From a virus (lineage: Duplodnaviria > Caudoviricetes), in the IMG/VR virus record IMGVR_UViG_3300044899_000002, positions 1-55,859 of that record: a stretch of DNA of 55,859 nt, one strand, 5' to 3'. The translations under genes were made by a program, and so were the position numbers. Positions 14,462-23,250 of this stretch are shown here, piece after piece. Position 1 is the stretch's first letter; every line of letters starts with the position of its first letter. Under the pieces are notes generated by a model. That model ran no database searches, was not told where the DNA came from, and saw only the letters and a program-made list of their open reading frames with translations.

Positions 14462-16309
14462 GTGACCATCCTGACGCCACCGGCCCCGGCCCGTCGCATC
14501 ATCCGCCTCCACGGCGTCGGCCAGTTCACCGCCGCCGTCGGGTTCCAGATGCCGGACGCCGACGCCATCGCCGCAATGAGCGTGGCCGAGCTTGACGCCC
14601 TCCTGGAGTCCGCACGCGCCGAGGCGCATGTGTTCGAGGCACAGCACGCCGCAGGGCGCTCGCTGTCGTCCGAGGACATCAGTGCGCTGCGCTCCATCGT
14701 GGGCGAGGGTCAGGCCATCGACACCCTGGAGGCCGCGCGCACCGCAGCCGCCAGCGCCGAGGCCGACCACAGCGCCGAGCTGGGCGACCTGCTGTCCCGT
14801 GCTGCTGGCACCCGCCAGGCACCCGCCGGTACTTCCCCAGCCGACGGTGGCCCCGAGGGCGAGCAAGCACCCGAGGGCGAGCAGGCACCCGAGGCGACCG
14901 GCGAGCAGCCGCCCGCCGCGTCCGGCCCCGACGACGCCGCCCCGCAGGTGGATGCCGTCGCCGCGTCCGGCGCACCGAGCACGACCGGCGCACAGCGTGG
15001 CGTCAACGTGCTGGGCACCGGCACCGACGCGCCGCCCGCTGGCGGCAACGAGTCCGAGCCGGGCTGGGAACTGAACCCCAGCGTGCCCGGTTACCAGGTC
15101 GGCGCATCGCGCACCGGGTTCGCTGGCATCGCCCAGCGTCTCGATGCCATCCGCCCCGGCAGCCGCGCAGCTCGCAACGGCAAGGCGCGCGTGATGGACG
15201 GTCAGTCCTTCACCGCGCAGGTCGTCGCCGGGCTGTCCCGCGACATGCCCGTGGTCGATGACCCGCACGCGCTGGTCGCCGCCATCAACACCGCCACCAG
15301 CCAGGTGAACGGGCAGCGCGTCACCGCGCAGTCCCTCACGGCAGCCGGTGGCTGGTGCGCCCCGTCCGAGCAGCTTTACGACTTCTGCGACGTGCCGGAC
15401 GCCACCGACCTCCTGTCCATGCCCGAGGTGGCCATCAACCGGGGCGGCGTCCGCTGGCCCCGCGAGCCTGACCTGTCCGGCATTTTCGAGGATTTCGAGT
15501 GGTTCTTCACCGAGCCAGAGCTGGAGGCGACCGACGCCGACGGCAACCCCACCGCCGTCAAGACGTGCGTGGAGGTGCCGTGCCCCGAGGACTTCGATGA
15601 GATCCGTCTCAACGCGGTCGGCTGGTGCGTGGAGGCGGGCATCCTCCAGGAGCAGGGCTGGCCCGAGCTGATCGAGTGGTTCATGCGCTCGCTGACGCAG
15701 GAGCACTTGCGGGCGCTGTCTCGCCGGTCCATCCTCAACATCGTCGCCGGGTCCGGCGCGGCGCGGATCATCCCGCCCGCCTCGGTCATGGGGTCGGTTG
15801 CGTCGGTGCTCAACAGCCTCGCGCTGGTGGCCACCAACATCCGCCTCAAGCGCGGGCTGTCCCGCACGGCGACCATCGAGGGCATCGCGCCGTCGTGGTT
15901 CTTCGAGGTGCTGCGTGCTGACCTGGCGTTCCGCCAGGGCACCGACACGTTCGCCGTCACCGACGCCCAGATTCTCGGGTGGCTGACGGCGCGCAACATC
16001 GCGCTCCAGTTCGTCGGTGACTGGCAGACCCGTGGTGCGGGGCTGCCCGGCAACATGGCCACCCTCAAGTGGCCGACCACCGTGGACATCGTGATGTACC
16101 CGGCGGGCACCTGGTTCCGTTCGATGAGCAACGTCATCGAGCTGGGCGTCATGTACCCCAAGGAACAGCTCCAGGTGAACCGCTTTACGCGGATGTTCAC
16201 CGAGGACGCCATCGCGGTCGGCAAGCGGTGCGGCGAGTCCGCACTGGTGCGGGTCCCGCTGGATGTCAACGGGGCTGTCGGGGCGCGCGAGGCCATCAGC
16301 AACGCCTAA
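14462..16309 (+). CDS. Major capsid protein (hexamer type) with a long N-terminal scaffold-like extension
   Basis: GAGGAG RBS before GTG 14462; Ala/Pro/Glu-rich N-terminal part, then LTAAGGWCAPSEQLYDFC and a capsid-sized domain; synteny. Confidence 0.85.
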   Translation: MTILTPPAPARRIIRLHGVGQFTAAVGFQMPDADAIAAMSVAELDALLESARAEAHVFEAQHAAGRSLSSEDISALRSIVGEGQAIDTLEAARTAAASAEADHSAELGDLLSRAAGTRQAPAGTSPADGGPEGEQAPEGEQAPEATGEQPPAASGPDDAAPQVDAVAASGAPSTTGAQRGVNVLGTGTDAPPAGGNESEPGWELNPSVPGYQVGASRTGFAGIAQRLDAIRPGSRAARNGKARVMDGQSFTAQVVAGLSRDMPVVDDPHALVAAINTATSQVNGQRVTAQSLTAAGGWCAPSEQLYDFCDVPDATDLLSMPEVAINRGGVRWPREPDLSGIFEDFEWFFTEPELEATDADGNPTAVKTCVEVPCPEDFDEIRLNAVGWCVEAGILQEQGWPELIEWFMRSLTQEHLRALSRRSILNIVAGSGAARIIPPASVMGSVASVLNSLALVATNIRLKRGLSRTATIEGIAPSWFFEVLRADLAFRQGTDTFAVTDAQILGWLTARNIALQFVGDWQTRGAGLPGNMATLKWPTTVDIVMYPAGTWFRSMSNVIELGVMYPKEQLQVNRFTRMFTEDAIAVGKRCGESALVRVPLDVNGAVGAREAISNA

Positions 16310-16331
16310 GCGCACCCCCGCGTAGCAGACT

Positions 16332-16380
16332 GGAGGCGGTTACCGTGGTCAACCCGAGGCCGACCACGGTGACCGCCTCC
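16332..16380 (+). terminator. 19-bp stem-loop between the two capsid genes
   Basis: GGAGGCGGTTACCGTGGTC pairs with GACCACGGTGACCGCCTCC with one G-U; no U tract. Confidence 0.65.
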
Positions 16381-16412
16381 TCTACGTCCACCCCCAGGAG
16401 GGACCGACCGAC

Positions 16413-17201
16413 ATGACCGCCCCCGTTCTCGATGCCGTGCAGTTCGTTGCGCCGCCGCTGAACCCGTCCATCCCCGGCCTGTTCGCCGCGACCGACTGGC
16501 AGAACGACCCAGACAATCGGTTCCTCCACGGCGTCGTCATCCGAGGGGCCAACTACGGCGGCGAGGAGTCCGCCGGGGTGTGGCACTCGCCCTGGTGCGC
16601 GCCGCCGCCCATCGACCAGGATGAGCGCAAGTTCGGCGAGCGCCCCGACATCCACGACCGTTTCGACCCGGTGACCGTCTGGGCATACGACGAGTGCGAC
16701 CTGACCGAGCCGTCCCGGCGCGAGGTGGAGGAGCGCGCCGCGCAAGTCCTGCGCCTGGAGGAACAGCCGATGGTGGAGCGCGAGTTCGCCGCCCGCTTGC
16801 TGCTGGACGCCGGGGACCCCGACGTGGCCGACGCCACCGGCATCGAGACGCGCCCGAACATCAAGGCGGCGTTGAGCTACCTGGAGGGCGAGATCGCCAA
16901 GACGAACACCCTGGCGTTCCTCCACGTCGGTGCCCAGTGGGTGGCTGCCGAGTTCGGCATGTTCATCAAGTCCGGCACCAAGTGGGTCAGCCCCTCGGGG
17001 CACACCTGGATCATCGGCGGCGGTTACGTCGATGGCCTGGAGAACGTCATCGTGGCCACGTCGCAGCCGTTCGGCTGGCGTGATGCGCCGACCACGCGCA
17101 CGGCCATCGACACTCAACACAACCTCTACGCTGCCGTTGCGGAGCGTAGCGTCACCATCGGCTACGAGGCATTGATTGCCGCCGTCGCCATCGCACCGTA
17201 A
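16413..17201 (+). CDS. Second capsid protein (pentamer type)
   Basis: 262 aa directly after the major capsid gene; position matches the separate pentamer gene of cluster B phages such as Rosebush. Confidence 0.7.
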   Translation: MTAPVLDAVQFVAPPLNPSIPGLFAATDWQNDPDNRFLHGVVIRGANYGGEESAGVWHSPWCAPPPIDQDERKFGERPDIHDRFDPVTVWAYDECDLTEPSRREVEERAAQVLRLEEQPMVEREFAARLLLDAGDPDVADATGIETRPNIKAALSYLEGEIAKTNTLAFLHVGAQWVAAEFGMFIKSGTKWVSPSGHTWIIGGGYVDGLENVIVATSQPFGWRDAPTTRTAIDTQHNLYAAVAERSVTIGYEALIAAVAIAP

Positions 17202-17217
17202 CCAGGAGGACAGGACA

Positions 17218-18159
17218 ATGCCCGAGGGAATCATCGCCACCGACAACGGGGACGGGTTCGTCACCCTGGATTTCGTGGACACGTCGCTGCGCGGTCCCGC
17301 GCTCGCCGAGCTTGTCGAGATCGGTGGCGCGGCCACCATCGAGACGATTTCGCGCAAGGGTCCCCGCCGGATGTACCGCGTGCCCATCGGCAACGCCACC
17401 ACGGCGGGGCTGGTGGACGACGAGAACACCGTGGAGGGCGTCCGCTCGGCGGGCCAGGACACCGGGGCGGCGGCGGCACTGGTCGCGGCGGACCCCAACG
17501 TCAACCCCGGCGCGGACGCGGCCAACTGGCACACCCCGGTGGCCGAGTACACCAGCGCCAACAAGTTCGTGGGCCAGGTGCCCAACGAGACGGTGCTGGA
17601 CCGCGTACAGGTCCACACGGGTGACGCGGGCAGCTACGGCGGCAGCCCGCGCGCACCGCTGCACACCGAGGTCATCGAGCACGTCAAGGCCAACAGCACC
17701 CAGCAGGCCGTCGGCGGCGTTCTGCCGATGACTGCCGGGTTCCGCGCCCCGCAGGCACGCGCTGCCGAGATCAGCGGCGCACTGGCCGACCAGACCAGCG
17801 CACTGGGGTCCGACCCCGGCGCGTGGGGCGAGCAGGGCGGCGAGTCGCTGGCCGACGATTACACGACCGTCCAGGCCACCCGCGAGGCCGAGCCGAGCAC
17901 GGGTGACCCCGGCACGCAGGGCGGCGACGAGCCGACCACGCTGGAACCGACGCCGCAGGCACCACCGGCACCCGAGCCGACCCCGGCCCCCACCACGACC
18001 GAGCCGACGCAGGCATGGCCGGACGGGACGCCGAACGAGGATTGGAAGCGCGCCGAGCTGGACGCCTACGCCGCCTCGGTCAAGGGCATCGACACCAGCC
18101 AGGAACCGAACAAGGCAGCAGTGGTCACGGCCATCCAGAACGCGCCGACCCCGGCGTAA
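17218..18159 (+). CDS. Capsid decoration-like protein with a long linker and a small C-terminal helical domain
   Basis: AGGAGG RBS; compact N-terminal domain, Pro/Thr-rich linker, C-terminal WKRAELDAYA...NKAAVV. Confidence 0.6.
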   Translation: MPEGIIATDNGDGFVTLDFVDTSLRGPALAELVEIGGAATIETISRKGPRRMYRVPIGNATTAGLVDDENTVEGVRSAGQDTGAAAALVAADPNVNPGADAANWHTPVAEYTSANKFVGQVPNETVLDRVQVHTGDAGSYGGSPRAPLHTEVIEHVKANSTQQAVGGVLPMTAGFRAPQARAAEISGALADQTSALGSDPGAWGEQGGESLADDYTTVQATREAEPSTGDPGTQGGDEPTTLEPTPQAPPAPEPTPAPTTTEPTQAWPDGTPNEDWKRAELDAYAASVKGIDTSQEPNKAAVVTAIQNAPTPA

Positions 18160-18174
18160 TGACCAGTCATCACA

Positions 18175-18663
18175 ATGACGATTGATCCGGCGGACCCGAA
18201 AACCGCCCCGCAACAGATCGACGCCCTGGCCGGTCGCCTGGCCGACGAGCACGGTCGGCTCGTTGACTACATGCGCACGGCGACCGTCCTGCTGGGGCTG
18301 ATCCCGTTCGTATATGGAGTGCTCACATGGTCGTTTGGTATCAACCTCTGGAGCGGCAGCGTGGTCTACCAAACCGCGCTCGGCATCCCCGGCGCGCCGC
18401 AGTCGTGGGGCACGCTGTTCCTGATCCTCGGGGCGGGCGTCATCGTCGCCTCGTTTCGGGGGCGCAACAAGCTCATCGGGGCGTTCGCGCTGGCCACGGC
18501 GTTGATTCTCTCGGTGTTCATGGTGACGTTTCTGGCGGTCGCCATACGCCAGGGCGAGGAAACGGCGCTACCGCCGTCGGTCGTCTATGGCGTGCTGTCA
18601 CTGCTGTTCTTGAATCGGGCGCACCTGGCCTGGTTATCCGTGCCACGACGACAGGATGGCTAA
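18175..18663 (+). CDS. Multi-pass membrane protein (holin-like)
   Basis: About four hydrophobic segments. Confidence 0.7.
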   Translation: MTIDPADPKTAPQQIDALAGRLADEHGRLVDYMRTATVLLGLIPFVYGVLTWSFGINLWSGSVVYQTALGIPGAPQSWGTLFLILGAGVIVASFRGRNKLIGAFALATALILSVFMVTFLAVAIRQGEETALPPSVVYGVLSLLFLNRAHLAWLSVPRRQDG

Positions 18664-19184
18664 TGGCCCTCGGCAAGGTGGTGGGCCGCTGGCTGTCCCA
18701 CACCCGTTTCGTTCCCACCCCCCTCTACCGGCTCATGCTCATCGCGGCCATGATCAGCGGCGTATTGCAACTGGTCTACGGTGCCCCGGCAGCGGTGACC
18801 GACGCGGCGGGCAATGCCAACTGGTTTGACTGGACGTTCGTCCTCATCCAGCTCGGCGCGGCGGTGCTGACGTTCTGGGGGCTGTACCTGGTGGAGGGCG
18901 AGAACGCCCCGCCGTGGGTGTCGCAGACCAGCCCGATAATGGAACCGGACCCGCGCACGCTGGACCCCGGCAAACTACACCGCAGCCTCACTATGGAACT
19001 CATTGGCCTGTTCGGGCTACAGACGGCGATGGCGCTACAGATCGTCTCGCAAATGATTTCGCTGGGCCGGGTGCCGAGTTCCATGACCGTCTGGATGGGC
19101 ATTGTGTTCTGGACGTGGGCATGGTTCCGCGTGCGCGACATCGTGCGGGCCGTCCGAAAGCTGACCCGTAAGCCTCGGGCATGA
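18663..19184 (+). CDS. Multi-pass membrane protein
   Basis: TAATG coupling; about four TM segments; basic C-terminus. Confidence 0.7.
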   Translation: MALGKVVGRWLSHTRFVPTPLYRLMLIAAMISGVLQLVYGAPAAVTDAAGNANWFDWTFVLIQLGAAVLTFWGLYLVEGENAPPWVSQTSPIMEPDPRTLDPGKLHRSLTMELIGLFGLQTAMALQIVSQMISLGRVPSSMTVWMGIVFWTWAWFRVRDIVRAVRKLTRKPRA

Positions 19185-19516
19185 GCACCGCCGCACTCGT
19201 CCTCCAGACCATCACCGGCGCGGGGTTCCTGGCCGGTGCTGGGGCGTTCCTCCATTTCCTCAACACCCGCAAGTCCACCAAGGACAAGGGCAGCGCCGAG
19301 GCGTACACCGCCTACCGCACGTTCGTCGCGGGGGCGTTCGAGGACGCGGCGGGCATCACCTCGCGGGTGACGGTGGACCGCGACCGGCTCGCCGGGGTGC
19401 GCACGCTGCTCATCGACCTGGTGCAGGACCTCATCAATTTTTGCCGCCGCAAGGGTGCGACGACCGAGGAACTGGACCCGTACCAGGACCGACTCGATGA
19501 GGTACGCGCCAAGTAG
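19181..19516 (+). CDS. Single-TM membrane protein with a helical C-terminus
   Basis: N-terminal hydrophobic helix; ATGA overlap. Confidence 0.7.
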   Translation: MSTAALVLQTITGAGFLAGAGAFLHFLNTRKSTKDKGSAEAYTAYRTFVAGAFEDAAGITSRVTVDRDRLAGVRTLLIDLVQDLINFCRRKGATTEELDPYQDRLDEVRAK

Positions 19517-19596
19517 TTGCACGGTCCTGGCCTATGGTCGGGGCAACCTCGGACCCATACCCGGCACGATGTGCCTGACCCAGGAGGACCACCACG

Positions 19597-20397
19597 ATGG
19601 CTGGCAGCTTCCCGCTCGTCAAGGGCACGCGCGCCCGCTTCACCAAGGTCAACGGTTGCGGTATGCCCGTCGCCGGGCCACGCAACCGACTGGTCACCAG
19701 CGGCTACGTGTCGCTTGGCCTGACCGCCGTGATGCGTGACGCCACCGACCTCACGCAGGACAACGCCGAGGGCAAGGAGTGCGTCCAGGACCGCACCGAG
19801 CCGGAACGTCGTTGGTACACCCCGGCCCTGGAGCTGTGCCAGGTGGACCCCGACGTGGTGACGATGTTCACCGGGTGGGAGGCCATCCTGGACGCAGACG
19901 GCGAGGTCATCGGGTTCCAGGATGACAAGCGCATCGAGTCCGATTTCGCCATCGCAATGGAGCTGTGGACCTCGGGCAAGTCCGCCGACGACTGCCCCGA
20001 CCTCCCCGAGTCCGACCAGATTCTCACGGCCACCGGCAGCGGTCGCAAGTTCGGCTATTTCCTGTTCGCCGGTACCGAGTGGGTCCCCGGTGACATCACC
20101 ATCAGCGCGTCGGTCGCCACCCTCACGCTGACGGGCCGGACCATCGCCCTGCCGCACTGGGGCAAGGGTCCCTACAACGTCATGTCCGACGCGGACGGTG
20201 ACCCCGTGCGCCTCCTGACGCCGATGAACAAGACGGCCCACCTGCGGGTGTTCCGTACTGCCGTCGCGCCTCCCGAGGTCACCAACGGCGCGGTGCCGCT
20301 GGGTACGTCCACCCTGTTCACCGGCACCAAGTATTACTACGGTGGCCCGGCGGACGAGGCACCCATCGACGTGGCCCCGGTGCAGCTCGCCGCGTAA
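19597..20397 (+). CDS. Major tail (tube) protein
   Basis: AGGAGG RBS; 266 aa; RFTKVNGCG, NAEGKECV and WGKGPYNV; followed by a stem-loop. Confidence 0.85.
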   Translation: MAGSFPLVKGTRARFTKVNGCGMPVAGPRNRLVTSGYVSLGLTAVMRDATDLTQDNAEGKECVQDRTEPERRWYTPALELCQVDPDVVTMFTGWEAILDADGEVIGFQDDKRIESDFAIAMELWTSGKSADDCPDLPESDQILTATGSGRKFGYFLFAGTEWVPGDITISASVATLTLTGRTIALPHWGKGPYNVMSDADGDPVRLLTPMNKTAHLRVFRTAVAPPEVTNGAVPLGTSTLFTGTKYYYGGPADEAPIDVAPVQLAA

Positions 20398-20419
20398 CCT
20401 CGTCGCATCAGCGAAGCGA

Positions 20420-20453
20420 CAACCGCCCTCGGCCTCACGGTCGGGGGCGGTTG
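20420..20453 (+). terminator. Stem-loop terminator after the major tail gene
   Basis: CAACCGCCCTCGGCC-tcac-GGTCGGGGGCGGTTG. Confidence 0.7.
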
Positions 20454-20489
20454 CCGTTGGTGAGCACGCCGGGGCGGTAGCCTGACCCC

Positions 20490-21230
20490 ATGTCGTTCAC
20501 CTGGCCTGTTGACCGCAGCGGGTTCCCCGCGCTGCCCGAACCCGGCCAGCCGGACTACTCGCGCAAGCTCGCCGAGCAGCAGGCAGCGGCGCAGCTCGCC
20601 ACCGCCGTCATGTGGTCGCTGTCGGGCCGTCAGTTCGGCCTCGCCGACGCCATCGCCCGACCGTGCCGGGGACCCCTGCGCAACCACCACGGCCCCGGCC
20701 CCGTCACCAGCTACGTGCTGTCGTGGGAGGGCTATGGCTGGATTACCCCGCCGTGCGGTTGTGCGGGCGGCTGCCGGGTGTTCGGCCCCAACATGGTCCA
20801 CCTGCCCGGCCCGGTCCACCGCGTCACCAAGGTGGAGCTGGCGGGCGTGGAGCTGCCCGCCAACGTCTGGGCGGTGGAGGGCAACGTGCTCTACCGGCGC
20901 GAGGGACCCTGGCCCGCGCAGGACCTCAACCGCGCCCTCGGTGCCGAGGGGACGTGGGGCGTCTACTACGAGCGCGGCATCCCCGTGCCCATCGGGGTGG
21001 ACCAGCTCACCGGCAGCCTGGCCAAGGAAATGCTGACCGCCGTCACCGACGACGTGGCGCGGTGCCGACTGCCCCGCACCGTCAGCGTGGTCAACCGCCA
21101 GGGCATCACGTACCGCGCCTACGACCCCGCCGCCATCTATGCCTCGGGCAAGACTGGCCTGGCCGAGGTGGACCTGTGGCTGGCCAGCGTCAACCCCCAC
21201 GCCCTGCTCGCCGCCCCGACGGTCATCTGA
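20490..21230 (+). CDS. Head-to-tail adaptor
   Basis: WSLSGRQFG, CRLPRTVSVVNRQG, KTGLAEVDLWLASVNP; synteny. Confidence 0.75.
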   Translation: MSFTWPVDRSGFPALPEPGQPDYSRKLAEQQAAAQLATAVMWSLSGRQFGLADAIARPCRGPLRNHHGPGPVTSYVLSWEGYGWITPPCGCAGGCRVFGPNMVHLPGPVHRVTKVELAGVELPANVWAVEGNVLYRREGPWPAQDLNRALGAEGTWGVYYERGIPVPIGVDQLTGSLAKEMLTAVTDDVARCRLPRTVSVVNRQGITYRAYDPAAIYASGKTGLAEVDLWLASVNPHALLAAPTVI

Positions 21231-21739
21231 TGCCGGACAACGCCCGCGAGATCATCACCACCGCGCAGGCGGTGTTGCTGGAGTTCTTTGGGCCGGACGC
21301 GGCGGTCAAGGCCAAGGTGGGCACGGTCAACGAGGTGCGGCTGTTCGCAGGCGACGGCATCCCCCTGGCCGCGTGGAACTCCATTGGCGGGTGCGGCGAC
21401 GTGTTCGTGTGGGTGCGGGCCGTCCGGCGCTACCGCACGCGGACGTTCCCCACGCCGACCATCGACGCCAGCCCGTGCTCGCTGCCCAAGGCCATCGCGG
21501 TGGAGGTCGGCGTGGCGTCGTGCGCGAGCATGGAGGAACAGCCCCGGTGGGATGACTACGCCCGCGAGGCCGACGAGTCGATGGACACCGCCTGGCGGCT
21601 GGAGGAGGCGCTGTGCGTGCTGTCTCGCCGCCTCAAGCGCGACGACAGCGAGCGGCTGACCGGGACCGACACGGTTACCCCGTATGGTCCTGATGGCGGG
21701 GTGCTGGCGTGGACCGGCGTCCTCTATGCGACGTACTGA
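21230..21739 (+). CDS. Virion neck or tail-terminator-like protein
   Basis: TGATG coupling; 169 aa; PYGPDGGVLAW C-terminus; function inferred from position only. Confidence 0.6.
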   Translation: MPDNAREIITTAQAVLLEFFGPDAAVKAKVGTVNEVRLFAGDGIPLAAWNSIGGCGDVFVWVRAVRRYRTRTFPTPTIDASPCSLPKAIAVEVGVASCASMEEQPRWDDYAREADESMDTAWRLEEALCVLSRRLKRDDSERLTGTDTVTPYGPDGGVLAWTGVLYATY

Positions 21740-21752
21740 CGAGGAGCAACAC

Positions 21753-22079
21753 ATGGCCACCATCACCATCGAGGGCAGCCTGTCCCCAGCGAGCGACCTG
21801 CCGCGCGGTGAGCGCCGCCGGGTCCAGGACGGCAAGGCCGTCCGCAAGCTCGTCGCCGACGGGTTTGCCGTCATCGTGGACCAGGACGGCGAGCCGGAAC
21901 CGGCCCCCGCGCCCGAGGCCGTCAAGGCACCGGCCAAGTCCGCCAGCCGCGACGACTGGGCCGAGTTCCTGGCCGAGCACACCGACGTGGTGACCGAGGA
22001 CCGCACGCGGGACCAGCTCGTTGGTGACTACGAGGTGTGGCTGGAGACGCACGACGCCCCGGCTGCCGACGCCGAGTAA
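21753..22079 (+). CDS. Hypothetical protein
   Basis: GAGGAG RBS; C-terminal SASRDDWAEFL...TRDQLV helical motif. Confidence 0.75.
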   Translation: MATITIEGSLSPASDLPRGERRRVQDGKAVRKLVADGFAVIVDQDGEPEPAPAPEAVKAPAKSASRDDWAEFLAEHTDVVTEDRTRDQLVGDYEVWLETHDAPAADAE

Positions 22080-22082
22080 CCG

Positions 22083-22499
22083 ATGGCGCGCATGACGGCG
22101 CGAGTCGAGATTGACGACGTTGCCCTGGAGCGCGAGTCCGGCGCGCACCTGCGCCGCAAGCACCGCCAGATCACCCGGCGCATCGCCACGCAGGCGCGGG
22201 CCGATGTCCCCGTCCGCACCGGCAACCTCGGGCGGACCATCGGCGAGCTGCCGCAGACGTACACCCCGTACCACGTCAGCGGCGGCGTGGAGGCGACGGC
22301 GGACTACGCGGCGGCGGTTCACCAGGGCAGCCGACCCCATCGCATCAACGCCCGGCCAGGCGGCGCGCTGCGCTTCATGTGGGGCGGCGTGGAGACGTTC
22401 CGCCGGTCGGTGTGGCACCCCGGCACCCGAGCGCGCCCGTTCCTGCGCAACGCTGGCACCCGCGTGGTGACCAGTGACCCCGACGTGCGGATGACCTGA
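22083..22499 (+). CDS. HK97 gp10-like head-tail component
   Basis: PVRTGNLGRTI, YAAAVHQG, HPGTRARPFL motifs. Confidence 0.75.
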   Translation: MARMTARVEIDDVALERESGAHLRRKHRQITRRIATQARADVPVRTGNLGRTIGELPQTYTPYHVSGGVEATADYAAAVHQGSRPHRINARPGGALRFMWGGVETFRRSVWHPGTRARPFLRNAGTRVVTSDPDVRMT

Positions 22500-22550
22500 G
22501 TTTCCCGACGTGTCCGGTAGAGTCGCGCCCGTAGCCTCGGAAAGGACACC

Positions 22551-23222
22551 ATGACTCAACCGCAGATGACGCCGCCCGATGACGGCGCAACGCCCACCCC
22601 GGTCGCACCGCTTACCGACGCCGAGCGAGCCGCCGCCACCGCACAGGTCGCAGGCACCGCGCTGCCGGTCACGGGCGCGGTGACGCCGCCGAGCACCGGC
22701 CCGTCGGATGCGGCGTTCGCCGCCGGTACCGACACCGCTGCCGACCAGGCGACCACGCCGCCGGACCCCGCCCCCGTCGTGGCCAACCCGCCCCCGGCCC
22801 CGACCGACAGCCAGGTGGTCAACGCCATCCCCGAGTCCGACACGCCCAGCACCGAGGTCAGCGTCACCGACGACGGCAACGTCATCGTGCTGGCCGAGCG
22901 GTTCGACGTGACGCTGGCGGGCGAGACGTGGCCCTACGGCACCGTTGAGTTCAAGGGCGACCTGTTGGGCATCCGGCTGCCGACGCGCCAGGCGCTCGCG
23001 GCGTTCTCGCTGTCGTCGTCCAAGTACGTCAGCCTCAACGTCAAGAATGACCTGACGGGGCTGTTCATCGCCCGGCACCTGTCCCCCGAGTCCTACGGTC
23101 GGGTGTTCTCGCGGCTGATGGACCCCGACGAGGATGACTACGACGTGGAGACGGTCGGCGAGCTGTTCAACGTCATCGTGATGGCAGCCGTGGACGCAGA
23201 TAAGGCCGACGACGCCGGGTAA
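22551..23222 (+). CDS. Tail assembly chaperone
   Basis: Immediately upstream of the tape measure; acidic; AAGGA RBS. Confidence 0.7.
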   Translation: MTQPQMTPPDDGATPTPVAPLTDAERAAATAQVAGTALPVTGAVTPPSTGPSDAAFAAGTDTAADQATTPPDPAPVVANPPPAPTDSQVVNAIPESDTPSTEVSVTDDGNVIVLAERFDVTLAGETWPYGTVEFKGDLLGIRLPTRQALAAFSLSSSKYVSLNVKNDLTGLFIARHLSPESYGRVFSRLMDPDEDDYDVETVGELFNVIVMAAVDADKADDAG

Positions 23223-23250
23223 TTCGAGGCTGGTGCGATAGCCTGACCAG

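Noticed and set aside
14852-14893. 18-bp tandem repeat encoding PEGEQA
   Set aside because: Ordinary low-complexity linker expansion in the scaffold region.
9475-16315. Very long antisense or alternative-frame ORFs (e.g. 9475-11253, 11349-13862, most of 13991-16315; also 24814-27669, 48334-50160 and 50654-52840)
   Set aside because: These are shadow ORFs expected opposite GC3-biased genes; they have no motifs or RBS. Only the last 88 codons of 13991-16315 look like a real gene.
22551-23250. Frameshift at the chaperone next to the tape measure
   Set aside because: Only 28 nt separate its stop from the TMP start, and I see no second ORF or slippery site.
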